A stretch of DNA of 64,000 bases, taken from assembly GCA_022813865.1 (NCBI GenBank), contig JALDZX010000005.1, positions 558,001-622,000 of the forward strand, read 5' to 3'. The stretch is from Xylographa opegraphella. Taxonomy: Eukaryota. Every line of letters starts with the position of its first letter. Position 1 is the stretch's first letter. Position numbers and translations under genes: made by a program. Shown here piece after piece: positions 52,228 through 64,000 of the stretch. Below the pieces are notes generated by a model that made no database searches, was not told the origin of the DNA, and was given only the letters and a program-made list of their open reading frames with translations.

Positions 52228-53726
52228 TTACTGCGCTCTCCACGGGCTATAGCGAGCACGAAGGATCCGGGCATCCAGCCCAACATCACGTTTATGCCCA
52301 GGCTGTTTTGCTTTCGCCGCAGCGGCCGCGGCATTAAACTGGTCCGTGCCCTTCTGCGCATTCGCCTTGGCGGCTGCGATCTGGGAGTCCGACTCCGTCT
52401 TCGCAGCGTCGACAGCCGGGTCGCCCTTTTTCCCACCGAGCTGCTTCTTGCCCTCTTCCTTGACCCCTTTTTTCACGCCTTTTTTGATGCCCGCTTTGGT
52501 CGCCTTCTCCGCAATCATCTCCGCCCCCTTGGCAGCAAGGCGCGCGAGGCCTGCTTCCTCGGCACCGGGAATGAGGAGCGAGATGCCGGTGATAGCCCAT
52601 TCGATGCCTTCGCCGATTTTGGCCATGACGGCTTTGAACCTGGGAATAATCAGCTTTGTGAGCGACCATGATGAGGGGGGTGTTGGGGGGAATACTCACT
52701 TCTGCCATGCACTTGGATGGGATTTTGCCAGACGGCTGCCTGCAGCGCCGAACTGGTCGGTGTGGGCCTTCGTCTGTGCCTTGTCCAGTTTTTGACCAGT
52801 CTTCGAGATAGCCTTGTTTTCCTTATCGTTAATCTTCTTGACTGTGTCCGCCCCCTTGGCTTTCGTCTTCTCCACACCACCTTGAGCTTTTTTGAGGTTA
52901 TTCTCGGCTTTAGCATAAGCTTTGCCTGCCTTCCCGGGTTTGCCCTTGTCCTTTTCCTCTTTGGCTGCGTTTGCCTTAGCCTTTTCGAGGCCTTTGTTCG
53001 CTTTCGCTTCACTCTTCTGCTGCTTCTTCGCGGCCTTGGCGGCATCTTTTTCTGCTTTACCTTGGGCCTTGCCGACATCTTTCACAGCCTTCGCGGCAGC
53101 TTTGTCCTGGGCTTTTTTTTCGCTTGCTAAGTCGTCCTTCAGAGTCTTTGCCGCGGCGTTGATCTTCTTTTGTTCTTTCGATATTTTTGGCTTCTTGTCT
53201 TTGGGGCTTCGCGATAGAAGCCTTCTCTCTGTTGCGGACGAATGAATCTCAGCTGCCAGGTCACGTTCAAGTAAATTATTGCTCCTAGCGGCCCGATGCC
53301 TGAGTTCTTGATTTAATTGCTGACGGCGGATAAGCCTATTCTGAGGCACAGCCCTTCTGGCAACGTTCCGCCGACGATCGGTAGTCTGGGAACGCAATCC
53401 AATACCACTAGAAGATCCAGGAAAGATACCTTGTCGTTGAAGCGAGCCCCTCTCGTGAATAGCTGCCACAATTTGCTCTCGCCTGACCGCATCTCTGCGA
53501 GGTGTGAGGTGGACCGGAATATCTGTGCTCGTATACGGAGCACCATTGGCTGATTGTGCAACACGATCTATACGGCCTTGTACCAAGCCTTGATCACGCC
53601 TATCATAATTTCCTAGGGAAGCGCCTGATGCCAACAGAGGTACCAATAAAGCAAGACTCGCAGTAAGCTGTTGATCGTTAATGAGTTCAAGTCAAGTTCT
53701 TAGAGCTTACATACTGTATATTTCAT
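52228..53726 (-). CDS. Secreted Lys/Ala-rich preproprotein of unknown function (~463 aa), 3 exons
   Basis: Exons 53726-53715, 53667-52700 and 52639-52228 join in frame: signal MKYTLTASLALLVPLLASG, Arg-rich pro-region, KA-rich helix, WQKFKAVMAKIGEGIEWAITGISLLIPG. Confidence 0.8.
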
Positions 53727-54376
53727 CGTGTTAGACGGTGGACAAGGTTAGTCTTGAGCGAGAAATGAATTATACAGAAAGTAAAGATAGTTCACGTGCT
53801 GTGATTAAGCCTTGTCGACATGCTGGCCTGCAGAATGAAGATTGAAAAATAGCCGGGCAAGAGTTCGTGGTCAGAACCGAGGCTGAACAAATGCAAGGAA
53901 GTGCATAGCAATGCCGGACCGTTATGATCATATATTCACGTTGAAGAGTTCCACGCCAGGGCCTAAGAAGGCGGAGCAACATGGCCCAACTCGATGGCTC
54001 ATGTTGGGAACTATAGAAAGCGGCAAGTAGAAAGCTTGTACGACAAACATACCAGCAGAGGAAATAGGGTATCGTCTCTTTGGAGTCCGGCAGATTACCT
54101 TGAGAACCAACAGCAAACTAACCATCGGCTGAGCGCTAATAGCAAACTCCAAATAAGTATCCAAGGTAATGATACAAATTCACATTGAACGTTGGCGGCA
54201 TGGCTCTTGGCTCTTGGCGCTTGTGGGATAAGTTGAGCGTTTCAGCGCTAGGCATCACTTCGGCCCGGCCGCAGAAACACGTCATTGGCTCGCGCGATCC
54301 GTGTACGGAGTACCTTACCTACAATTATCACATCAGACCAACTACACGGGAGTTTCTGCACCTCAATTTCGATCCC

Positions 54377-55708
54377 ATGATCTCTTCCACACATTCCGAG
54401 CCCAACTCCAGGCCCCGGATCATCATCCATGGCGGCGCTGGGAACATCACCCGTGCAAACCTTCCTCCTTCGGCCTGGTCTCTTTACCGCACTTCCCTAC
54501 TGCATATTCTCCGAGTCACGTCTGCGCTCCTAGCCTCGGGCGCTTCTGCCCTGGATGCAGCTACTTCTGCCGTCATTTCTCTTGAAGAGAACCCGCTCTT
54601 CAACTGCGGCAGGGGCGCGGTCTTCACCCGAGCCGGAACCATTGAGCTTGAAGCTTCCGTGATGGTCTCCCGCGGCTACCGCAAGCGCGGTGTAGGTGTG
54701 GCTCTGGTAAAGAAGGTGCGGAATCCAATCAAGCTAGCAAGGGAGATTCTGGTAAGAGGGGAGACCGATGGGGGCGGTGGTGGAAATGGTGGAGGAGACG
54801 GCGACCCGGCAGGGGGTTCTGGAGGCGGGCAAGGACATTGTTTCCTGAGCGGGACGACAGTTGAAGAGCTGGCAGAGAGTTGGGGACTGGAGATGTGTGA
54901 GGAGAAATGGCATTGGACAAAGAGGCGATGGGAGGAGCACCGGCGAGGACTGGGTGAGGAGCAGATTCCAAGCTGGGACGAAGTTATTGGACAAAGAGAT
55001 ACGGAGGAGCTCCTTGACGACGGAATGGGTGACCTCGACTGGGATGGGAAAGAGTACCTCCCCCAAGGCACTGTTGGATGCGTGTGCTTGGACCAGTACG
55101 GAACGCTCTGCGTAGCTACGAGCACCGGAGGGCTCACGAACAAACTTCCAGGTCGTATAGGAGATACGCCCACTTTAGGCGCTGGCTTCTGGGCAGAGGA
55201 ATGGGAAGTCCCTTCGATCAAGCTTGCCCAACAGCCACAGGTGACTTCTCCATTGCAAGCCATGTTGCCCCACAGTCTTCGCGAAACATTCGGCTCCTGC
55301 ATCCCAAGCCTTGCTGGCTATCTCCCACTTCCTGTACCCATCAGTACGTTCCAAGACGAGAAGCGACCTCAAATCGTCACTTGTGGAGCTGCCATGTCCG
55401 GTACCGGCAATGGCGACTCTTTCCTCCGCATCAACGCTGTACGCACTGCTGCCGCTATCTCGCGGTTCGCGCCCAACCATTCACTCGCATCAGCGGCGAA
55501 GCAGATTGCAGGTCCTGGCGGCGAGCTAGAGACCTCGGCCGGTGATCGATGGGGAAAGACGGGGGAGGGCGAGGGCGGAATCATAGGGATTGAAGTGGTG
55601 GATGGAAAGGGGAAGGTCGTTTTCGATTTCAATTGTGGAGGGATGTTCAGGGTCTGGGTGGATGACAAGGGGCGAGAAAGGGCGATGGTTTTTAAAGAGG
55701 AATATTAG
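54377..55708 (+). CDS. Type-2 asparaginase / isoaspartyl peptidase (Ntn hydrolase), intronless
   Basis: IIIHGGAG, LEENPLFNCGRG, autocleavage nucleophile GTVG, ATSTGG, GRIGDTP, SGTGNGD. Confidence 0.92.
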   Translation: MISSTHSEPNSRPRIIIHGGAGNITRANLPPSAWSLYRTSLLHILRVTSALLASGASALDAATSAVISLEENPLFNCGRGAVFTRAGTIELEASVMVSRGYRKRGVGVALVKKVRNPIKLAREILVRGETDGGGGGNGGGDGDPAGGSGGGQGHCFLSGTTVEELAESWGLEMCEEKWHWTKRRWEEHRRGLGEEQIPSWDEVIGQRDTEELLDDGMGDLDWDGKEYLPQGTVGCVCLDQYGTLCVATSTGGLTNKLPGRIGDTPTLGAGFWAEEWEVPSIKLAQQPQVTSPLQAMLPHSLRETFGSCIPSLAGYLPLPVPISTFQDEKRPQIVTCGAAMSGTGNGDSFLRINAVRTAAAISRFAPNHSLASAAKQIAGPGGELETSAGDRWGKTGEGEGGIIGIEVVDGKGKVVFDFNCGGMFRVWVDDKGRERAMVFKEEY

Positions 55709-56312
55709 GAATGATTGATTGGGCGGACACGGCGGCAAGGCCCTGACTCACAACGCCAGTAGCTGGCAAGAATTGTTGGATAGACGTGCTTGAGAGTTTT
55801 CTTATAGATATGAATAGAACATAGCAATTTATATGGAAGAGGAAATGCTTTCCAGCAAAGATTCTTATAAGCCCTAAGCTCATAACGTCGTGTTCTTCAT
55901 CATGCAGTATGATTCTCTGCATTGCCAATCTCTATTGTCCTTAAGCAATCTAGTGCAGTGGTCAAGTCAAGAAAATTTGCTTCCCCTGCCAACTTCACTG
56001 GTCGCCAACGGCTCCGACCCCAGGACGTTTCCCGTACATATCGAGCACAGCACGACTCCGCCTATACGCGTCGTGAGTAACACACAAGCCTCATGCAGCG
56101 CTCGGCCATAGTACGGCCTCTCACCCTCAACAAGCAGCCATTGGGCACAACGCCATCGAGCCTGTGGTTTTCAGCATCCAAGCACTCTTCTCCCCACCAA
56201 GCCTCTGACCTGCATCCACAGCAGCTTCCCGCACTCTCTCCTTCCCTCCACTTCACTCAACCGATGAGCTTCCACCCTCCGATACAACAATAACCCAGAT
56301 CCTCCCCACACT

Positions 56313-56648
56313 TCAATCAACCTCCATCCCCATCACCTCCTCCTCCTTATCGCCCCCCTCCTTACCACGCCCATCCGCCTCGCGCTCCTTCCCCTGCACC
56401 TCTACGCCCTCCATCCTCTCCCCCTTCCTCCCCTTCTTCCCCTCCCTCACCACCTTCCGCCTGCGCGCCTCCTCCTTCCTGATCGCCTGGCTGCTACCTC
56501 TGATCTTGCCCAATCCGCCCGCGGCCGTCGTGCGCGCGGCTTTCGACTTCTTGACGATGCGCTGCGTGTTCTTGCGCTTCGACTTGAGCACGGCGGCGGA
56601 CTTCTTCTTCAGCGCCGAGGGGGTGTTGGGGTTGGAGCGGGAGGGCAT
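56313..56648 (-). CDS. Small basic protein (111 aa), possibly an Alb1-like ribosome biogenesis factor
   Basis: MPSRSNPNTPSALKKK...RKEEARRRK...GMEVD; basic N-half, acidic end; N-terminus reminiscent of Alb1 (recalled, not searched). Confidence 0.5.
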   Translation of the reverse strand: MPSRSNPNTPSALKKKSAAVLKSKRKNTQRIVKKSKAARTTAAGGLGKIRGSSQAIRKEEARRRKVVREGKKGRKGERMEGVEVQGKEREADGRGKEGGDKEEEVMGMEVD

Positions 56649-57419
56649 GGTGGGCGGGGCGGGGGTGGGGTGGGGTGGGGTCGTCGGCGCTGTTTTTGAG
56701 GATGGGGAGATGCGGAGGTGGGTGGGAGGAGGGGTTTGTGGGATGTTGTGTGTGGTGGAGGAAGGGGTCGCTTGAGTTGGCAGTGATGCTGTGAGGGCGA
56801 AGGCGTGGATTTGTTGAAGTGCTGGTGATTGGAATCGATTGAGCATTTATTGGATGTTTGCTCGCTTAAATATCCCAGACTATACTGGTGTTGAATGGCA
56901 CTAGTGGGACTTCGACGTCTTCAGTGGCTCACATGTTCAAACCGAGTTCCGTGCACGAAGACGTGGAATTTAATTATTCGTGTCTCACTAAAATATTATA
57001 AAGTACATGCACGCAAGCTAGAAAACAGGATGTTGAAAGCCGGAAATCAAAATCTGCACACACCCGCATGAAAGCTCCACTCTGGCTTTACAGCCGCTTC
57101 TCCACAGATAATCCCCCAAGAACATCAAGTCGTAGCTCATAAAAGTCCGTCTTGGACACAATTATAACAGAATCCATGCATGCTGATAGAGCAAACCCAA
57201 CAAGGGAACCCGAAAAAGTAAATTCTGATCAACAATTTACCGAATATTGTAGACCAGGTCTCCCCCCCCAACCCCAACATGTATGGCGCAAGTCCACAAG
57301 CAGACTTCTTGCGAGAATATCCATCTCCATACCTGGGGAGAAAGCTGCTACCAGCTATCAATCCGTGGTTCCCGGATCTGGAAACAATCCTTCAATGATT
57401 CCTTCAAATTTTTCCTTCA

Positions 57420-58058
57420 TCATTTCCTCAGCTCGGAGTGTTTCCATAAAGAATCCTCACTGGAGAACTGAAGAGGGGCAGGGGGTTTGGGGCCGACCTG
57501 CACTCGATCTATAAGGACGCCACCGCAGAGAACCTTTGCCGAAGGTTCCCCACATTCGGGATGGGGAGCATCACCAGTGCAAAATTTGCAGTCATGCTTA
57601 ACCTCGTTTTCATCACTAAATTTCACGATCCTGTCATGGACAAATGAGAGCTCGTCCTTTGGAAGAGAAGAGGTACTGTGTTCGAGGAATTGACGACGAT
57701 ATACCTTATTCGCAGGAGATCCCGTAGGACTTTCGGCGGTATCGTAGACTCCTTTGATTAGATCGGCGATACACCCTATATCGCTGGGCTCGATGTTGTA
57801 GTAACACTGAACTATGGTAAGGTGCGCTAATGCTTCGAAGCTCATGCCGAAGTGCTTCCTTCCATATACGATAACTTTGAAGGGCAGACCCCCTGAAAAA
57901 CATTCAACATCGTTCGTGTCGGCCCGTTTCTTAGTTGCAGCCAACAGAATAGGGCTACCAGAAGCCATATTAATTCTAATTATGATTAACATAGTAAGGA
58001 TATGTTCAACAAGCCTTTCAAACCTTTGTATCGAGGGTATATTGGCGTTCGTGTCCAC
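57420..58058 (-). CDS. Possible orphan or degenerate gene
   Basis: 212-aa ORF with protein-like composition but no recognisable motif or clear ATG context. Confidence 0.3.
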   Translation of the reverse strand: MDTNANIPSIQRFERLVEHILTMLIIIRINMASGSPILLAATKKRADTNDVECFSGGLPFKVIVYGRKHFGMSFEALAHLTIVQCYYNIEPSDIGCIADLIKGVYDTAESPTGSPANKVYRRQFLEHSTSSLPKDELSFVHDRIVKFSDENEVKHDCKFCTGDAPHPECGEPSAKVLCGGVLIDRVQVGPKPPAPLQFSSEDSLWKHSELRK

Positions 58059-58475
58059 TTAAAATCGGCTTAGACCTGAGCTTAGACACCGAAAAAGTTA
58101 TGTACCGGAGTTGACGATAGATTGATTCAAGAAAGACTGAAGCTAATCGAAAAGATGTGCCTTGATGAGAAAAATGTGTTGGTGATTCAAGCTCTCTATT
58201 CAGGGTGTGTAGGATGTGTGTCTGGGAATCGAGAAACCGCAGGGACCGCCAACGCTTATATAGAGCAGCAAGGCAAGTGGCAACGGCTACAAAAACCATG
58301 AATGAACAGAAAACTCAAGCCGTGAAACGCTCCGAAAGCAACGGTGAATAAGAGAGATAAAGAAAGTGAGCGCAGAAGATCTGTCACTGAGCACGAAATA
58401 TCAAGTCAATGAAAAAAACTCTTGTATTCCCCGCACCTATAGTCGTACATACTACCATACACCCACATCACTCAC

Positions 58476-60284
58476 CTACCACCCTTCCAGCACCCGCGTC
58501 CTCAGACTCAAATCCCCCTTTGGCCTCGCCGTAATACCCGATTGAACTTCTATTGGCGCGTCCTTGTCCACCAGCTGCAGCTCAAACCTACCCACCATCG
58601 CCGCCAGCAAACACGCAAACTCGGCCTTCGCGAACGCCTGACCGATACACGACCTCGGACCTACACATTCAGTCAGTAAAGCCTCACTTTCAATTCCAAA
58701 CACCCAGACTTACCATGCAAGAAGGTCAAGAGTGCGTAGTTAGTCGACGCGCCGCCGTTGTTCGTTCCCGACCCGAGCCATCTCTCTGGATTGAACTCGA
58801 GCGCATCTGGACCCCAGAGCTCGACGGACATGTTGACGGCTCCTGGCGAGAGAAAGACGTCAGTACCTTTGGGGATAAACTGGCCGAGGATCGAGGTGTC
58901 GTGGTCGGCAACGCGGCGGGTCATGGGGACGGCGGGGTAGACACGGAGAACCTCATTGCAAACAGCGTGGAGATAGGGAAGGCGATCGAGGACCTCAGCG
59001 GACATCTGTGTGGTAGTATCATCAGGGGATGGGAGGTTCGCACGAACTTCCTCCCTCAGCCGTGTTTGCATTTCGGGGTGCTGGCATAGGGTGATCAGCG
59101 CCCATTGCATGGATGTTGCGGTGGTTTCGTGGCCAGCGGCAAGAAAAGTCATCATCTGATTGACGAGATCTTCTTCGCTGAAGCCACCCGACTCGAGCGC
59201 CACCGATAGGATGTCCACATCAGCACGGCCTTTCTCGTCGGCCATCTTCCTCTGCTTCGACCGGATGAGGTTGCGCGATACGCTTTTGATGACATCGGAG
59301 GCAGCCATGATTTCGTCGTTGCGCTTCAAGGGAAGCATCCGCAGCAGCTGTATTGGTATAAACATGCTGGCAAGTCCGATAAGCCGCGCAGCTTTCGACG
59401 GATGGAAGATCTTCTTATATGTGATGTACAGCTCCGTTTCCGGATCTTCGATCGAGTTGAAGTCTTGCCCCATTCCCGCTACACCAATGATGTCCAGTGT
59501 GGCGCGACTCATCCAGGTGGCCAATGCGACAACAGTTGTTGGGGACAGCTCTTTCTCTTGTCCGGCCTTGGCGGCCTCGTCCTTGGCAAATTCGGATACA
59601 GCTTGCACCAACTCCCTGGACTTCGACCAAAAAATAGGATATAAATCTTTGATGTGGCGGTAGGCAAACGCTGGCATAAGGTGCTTGCGCTGGGTCTATG
59701 GCATATATCAGAAATGCGCAGCATGTCAAAGTCCAGCTGCCGTACCTTATGCTCCTCACCTTCCGCCAAGAGAATGCCGACGCCCAATATTTTTCCAATG
59801 CCATCGCGTATTCCAGCCGGTTTAACGAAGTCGTAGCTTTTCGTGACAAGGACCTCCCCCAATGCTTTGGCATTTGTCACAAGAATCCTCTCGCTGTTCA
59901 GCAGTGAGGTGTACCGTATGAGGCCATTGTTTGGAACCGAGTTGATCCATTCCAACATGGGCTTCCCGGTCGGCTCTTTTAATATCTTACTGAAGTGACC
60001 GTTGAAGAAAGATGCGCTCTGCGCGGAGAGCTTCAGTTAGTGAATGTCTTGTGGAAACTGCAGGAGTAGCAACTCACTGATGGCTGTGGCAGATGTCTTA
60101 TCGGACTGAATAGTTTCGGGTATAAAAGAACTCTCCAAATAGCCAACCCAAGGAAATGCAAGGAAAGAATGGCGGCAAAAGTCAGACCATACGATGCTGA
60201 TACCGAATATTTTGGGAATAGCTGCAGTAGTGCCACCGACTCCGCAGCGGAGGCCAGAACCGCCAATTGCCAATGTTTAACCAT
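58476..60284 (-). CDS. Cytochrome P450 monooxygenase, 4 exons
   Basis: N-terminal anchor with SPIRHLPQP, I-helix FLAAGHETT, ExxR (NEVLR), PERW, and heme motif FLHG-PRSCIG across the last intron. Confidence 0.95.
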
Positions 60285-61175
60285 ACCGAAGTTAAGTTCC
60301 GAAAAAGCGCAAGAAGGCTATATATAACAAGCAGATAAATAGATGAGAAGTAGTGTATTCTCTGGAAGCAGGCACTGGGCAAATCGTGACGCACTCGAAG
60401 GGGCAAAGGGAGACCTTATTACGTATATATAAGATATAGCTCTTGGAATATGTTTATATTTCCTGTAAAGTAGGAACTCAGAAAGACCAGCCAAGAGTTC
60501 AGGGTGTGAGTAGCAAGAACGGAGAAAAGCAGTAATATATACAGCAACGATTAAGAGACTAAGGAGAGCATGGGAAGCTGAGTCGGTGGGCTATCGCGGC
60601 CACGCATTGCATTAAACCTAGTGGCCGAGGCTGGAACTTCTAAAACCCCGTAGGTGCATCATGGAATCCATGCCTCCGATCCTGGTACTAACACGCGCTA
60701 CGGGCCGTAGGAGTCGCATGCTCTTTCCGGTCCCGATTATTGTTGATGTTGACCTTTTACCCGGATTCGATTACACGTGAGATTAGGGCTTGATTCTGTA
60801 TGGTGCCGCGTGGTGATACAAATCAAATTGTTATAGGTATGCTGTGTTCTCGGTGAAATGGGGTTTCATTCGCTCCCAGATAATAGCGCGACGCATTAAA
60901 TCTGCAGCCCTGTCTGTCCGACTTCGTGTCGGTCCAGTCATCAGACTCACTCCATTTCTTCAAGATTGCTTCTACATTATGCAGCAAGGTAACTGTAGAC
61001 AACAGGCTCCCTGATACAGCCCCTCTCTATCTCAAAGTGAGCGCCTGCCCCAAGTAGATTACCCAACCCAAGCGATAATTTTGACCGCGCGCCTACAATG
61101 GTCCACAACAGGTGGAGCGGAGATGCCATAGCCGGGAAGGCGAATGAAATTGTATGTCAGGGAGAAATGAAGACT

Positions 61176-61899
61176 TTAGGCCAGCATCGCCGTTTGAGCG
61201 GATTCCACAGGAGGTGGAGGAGGTGGGGGTTGTGGTACCTGGAGGATTGTTAGCGATCTTCAACGAACTGAATCAGAATGTTATAGCTGGTGTACTGACG
61301 TCTAATCGTGTATTCTCTGCCATCATCCTTTGGAATCCAATACCCACACCTTCGATAACAGCTAATAAACATCCACAGGCTATTGCCGAATTTCGCGCTG
61401 CTTTCAGTCCTCCTCTTACTGCGAGCGCTCCACCTGTAAAAAATCCAGCTATGACTATATCGATCGAGTGATCAGTTCCGCACTTTTCCCATTTCCTCAT
61501 ACATAATGTGGCAGAGGGACTTACTGGCGTTGTATGGATCTTCCTTCTTCCTAACACCTTTAACCGCGCAGTCGAATGTGGAGAAAAGACCACCCCATAC
61601 GCCAAAGTTGCCCCCAAGAACAGGTGCGCGTGCCTTAATGGCTGTGAGTGCTCCTATTCGCCGTTCACCGTAGGGACTGTTCCGAAAGCCTTTGACTCCG
61701 TGCCAGACCGCTCCACCGATAGCCTGTGATGAAAAGATTGTCAGCATACGTATATGATCATCAAAGAAAACGACACTGTCACTTCTAAATTGCGAACTTG
61801 TTATACTGTCCCATAACAATTTAAACTCACCCCCATACAGAATGCACCCCCAAAATCACTGAGTGCCACCCACGGGCAAGGATCTCTTGAGTGATCCAT
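61176..61899 (-). CDS. TIM17: Mitochondrial inner-membrane translocase subunit Tim17, 4 exons
   Basis: [45 protein letters not shown]...[23 protein letters not shown]. Confidence 0.97.
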
Positions 61900-62535
61900 T
61901 CCTCTTTAAAGACCTCTGCAAGATCCACGGACCACTGTCAAGGACCCCGTAATTATGACCGTGGGATATGGAGGTGCTGGATAGATAGGAAAGCAGTAAT
62001 ACAAGCACTCCTGTTCGAGGATTCTCTGGAGAACAGATTGGCACGAAACAGAAGGTTCGATCACCAGTGATGATGGTCTGGTATATTATTGCGTGAAAGA
62101 CAGTCGTTGTTGGCAGACTTCCAGTGCAATGCTTATACTGCTCGATGAGGCAATCCGGTCTTTGACAATTTTGAGATTTGGCGCTAAACCGATATATCCT
62201 AGCGTCCGTATGCAGCTTCGCTGCCTCGGAACATATTGCTTGAACCCGCTTCTCATCTCTGCTGTGAATAAGGCAGGCAGAGAATAATACGATGCAGCCC
62301 TTTCGTTCCCTCGTTGCAATTACTAATACCTCTTACATTACTTATAAGACTAGTAAACAGAGATTATGGTAGGTACGATATGCATCACAGATGATCGGAT
62401 ACAGGCAGATATACTCCAGAGGTAGCCGGACACAAGCAGATTCAGGGGTATCTATCTATCTAATGAATCAAATCATCATGATCTTGCATGCTAGTCATTG
62501 GGGTTTATTATTCGCCTGCTGGCCGCTTGGTCCTT

Positions 62536-64000
62536 TTACGACCAAGTCTCTCCGAAGAGCTTTTTGAAGATCTCTCGACTCTTGTAGAGGTTGACAAGTC
62601 TAAATCTCTCGTTGTCCAAATGAGCACTGTCGCTTGCCTGCCCGCATGGTAGGTGTGCAGCCTGGGCACCAAACTCCTTCTCAAGAAATCTTATCGCGGG
62701 TATCGTGCCACCTTCACGAATGTATAAAGGCTTCTGGTGCTTGCGTGAAACCGTCTTATTGGCTGATCCGCTATACGTCTCGTCCCAACAATCAGTATTC
62801 GTGTGCGCGTTCGGACCGCTATTATTGACACGTGCTGAAAATGTTACAGGCGAGAGCTTCGGGCTTGCGAGATCGTTGGTAATAGCATCCACAGGCAGTT
62901 TGCTGACAACAGCTGAACCACGACGTGTTGGTCCGACTGAGCCCCATACCTCCATGATCGCCTTCTCCAACATCTTGAATATCTGATTCTCCGGATCTCC
63001 AAGCCAAGGGTCAGCTTGATTATCGATTCTGACGGATAGACCATTCAAAGTATTCAAAGTGGCAAATTGGTCCTTCAGAAACGAAACGAATGCCTGCTGT
63101 ATTTGCAACGCATCCTGGCCTGGTACTAATCGAAGCGATACAGCTGCTCTGGCGTTATGAGGTATGATAGTAGAATTCGCAGGGCCGGATGTTTTGATAC
63201 TATGCATTGTGAGCGATGGTTCTCGCCATTTAGCCTTGAGCGACGCAACAAGCTCATCTGAGCCGGCGACTTCGGGATACCGCCGAAGAAGACTCTTGCT
63301 GATGGCCTCGTACCGCTCGTTCTCCGGTCGTGACATCGGTAATATGGCGTCATAGAATCTTGGGATTCTGACATGACCATTCGGTCCAGTGAGCTTAGCT
63401 AACAGCATGACAAGATCTTTTAAAGCCTCATCCATCATGTGACTACCTTCGACTCCACTGTGAAGATCCGGATGCTTACTCTCCACTTCGACCGTTGCAC
63501 GTACAACTCCGCGGAGACCGTATGTGAGGCAAGGAATATCGTCATCAAGCCAGTAACTGTTGGCTAGGAGTATCCAGTCAATGTCTCCGATTATATGCTT
63601 ATTTCTTTTGATAGCCTCCTTGAAGCCTCGCGAACCATTCTCCTCCTCTCCCTCAATCAAGAAGATAACATCTGACGCGAGATTCTTCTCAGCAACCAGA
63701 TCCGCAACTGCGTAGAGTGCTGCCAAAACTGGACCCTTGTTATCTGAAGTACCACGGCCATAGAGATATCCATCAATCCCCTGCATATCGAACGGTTGTG
63801 TCTTCCATTTCTCCTGCTTGTTCTCGGCGTCAATCACGTCATAGTGACCGTAGAAGAGGATTCTGTGCTTCCTCTCGCATCCACTATTTCTACCTCTGAA
63901 GCGCGCAAATACGACAGGATTTCTATTGTCGTCAGTATTGAACATTTCCGTAGAACCACCGAAGCGCCTGAAAAGATTTCTCAGCCAAGACGCCCCCCGC
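62536..64000 (-). CDS. DUG2: M20 metallopeptidase domain, C-terminal part of a Dug2-like glutathione-degradation protein; 5' part lies beyond the window
   Basis: LFYGHYDV, YLYGRGTSDNKGP, IEGEEENGS, LANSYWL, CLTYGLRG, DLHSG, REGGTIP, PCGQASDSAHLDNER. Confidence 0.88.
   Translation of the reverse strand, partial: RGASWLRNLFRRFGGSTEMFNTDDNRNPVVFARFRGRNSGCERKHRILFYGHYDVIDAENKQEKWKTQPFDMQGIDGYLYGRGTSDNKGPVLAALYAVADLVAEKNLASDVIFLIEGEEENGSRGFKEAIKRNKHIIGDIDWILLANSYWLDDDIPCLTYGLRGVVRATVEVESKHPDLHSGVEGSHMMDEALKDLVMLLAKLTGPNGHVRIPRFYDAILPMSRPENERYEAISKSLLRRYPEVAGSDELVASLKAKWREPSLTMHSIKTSGPANSTIIPHNARAAVSLRLVPGQDALQIQQAFVSFLKDQFATLNTLNGLSVRIDNQADPWLGDPENQIFKMLEKAIMEVWGSVGPTRRGSAVVSKLPVDAITNDLASPKLSPVTFSARVNNSGPNAHTNTDCWDETYSGSANKTVSRKHQKPLYIREGGTIPAIRFLEKEFGAQAAHLPCGQASDSAHLDNERFRLVNLYKSREIFKKLFGETWS

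Noticed and set aside
54185..54376. N-terminal extension of the asparaginase ORF
   Set aside because: Starts at TTG in promoter-like sequence; the ATG at 54377 directly precedes the conserved IIIHGGAG.

Overview
Gene-dense, intron-containing genomic DNA from a filamentous ascomycete (Pezizomycotina; GT-AG introns of about 50-120 nt with CTRAY branch sites). About 26 protein-coding genes can be supported. Housekeeping genes: GUP1, ARP4, complex I 24-kDa subunit, RPL10, IMP3, Wee1/Swe1, VAC7, TIM17 and DUG2. Metabolic or accessory genes: a D-serine dehydratase-like enzyme, an NRT2 nitrate transporter, a trans-enoyl reductase-like MDR, an alcohol acetyltransferase, an old yellow enzyme, an SDR, a type-2 asparaginase and a P450. 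I saw no transposon, tRNA, rRNA, CRISPR array or PKS/NRPS core gene. The most unusual items are (1) a small secreted protein of three tandem 4-Cys modules that the ORF track does not resolve, (2) a secreted Lys/Ala-rich preproprotein with a cationic amphipathic helix, (3) in-frame stop-free introns (exitrons) in both divergent neighbours wee1 and vac7, (4) alternative donors that switch a C-terminal tail in a DUF3824-like gene, (5) a Rab11-FIP-like motif in a coiled-coil protein, and (6) recurrent GC-rich islands whose skew switches from C-rich to G-rich. All calls come from manual reading and recalled family motifs; no searches were run.
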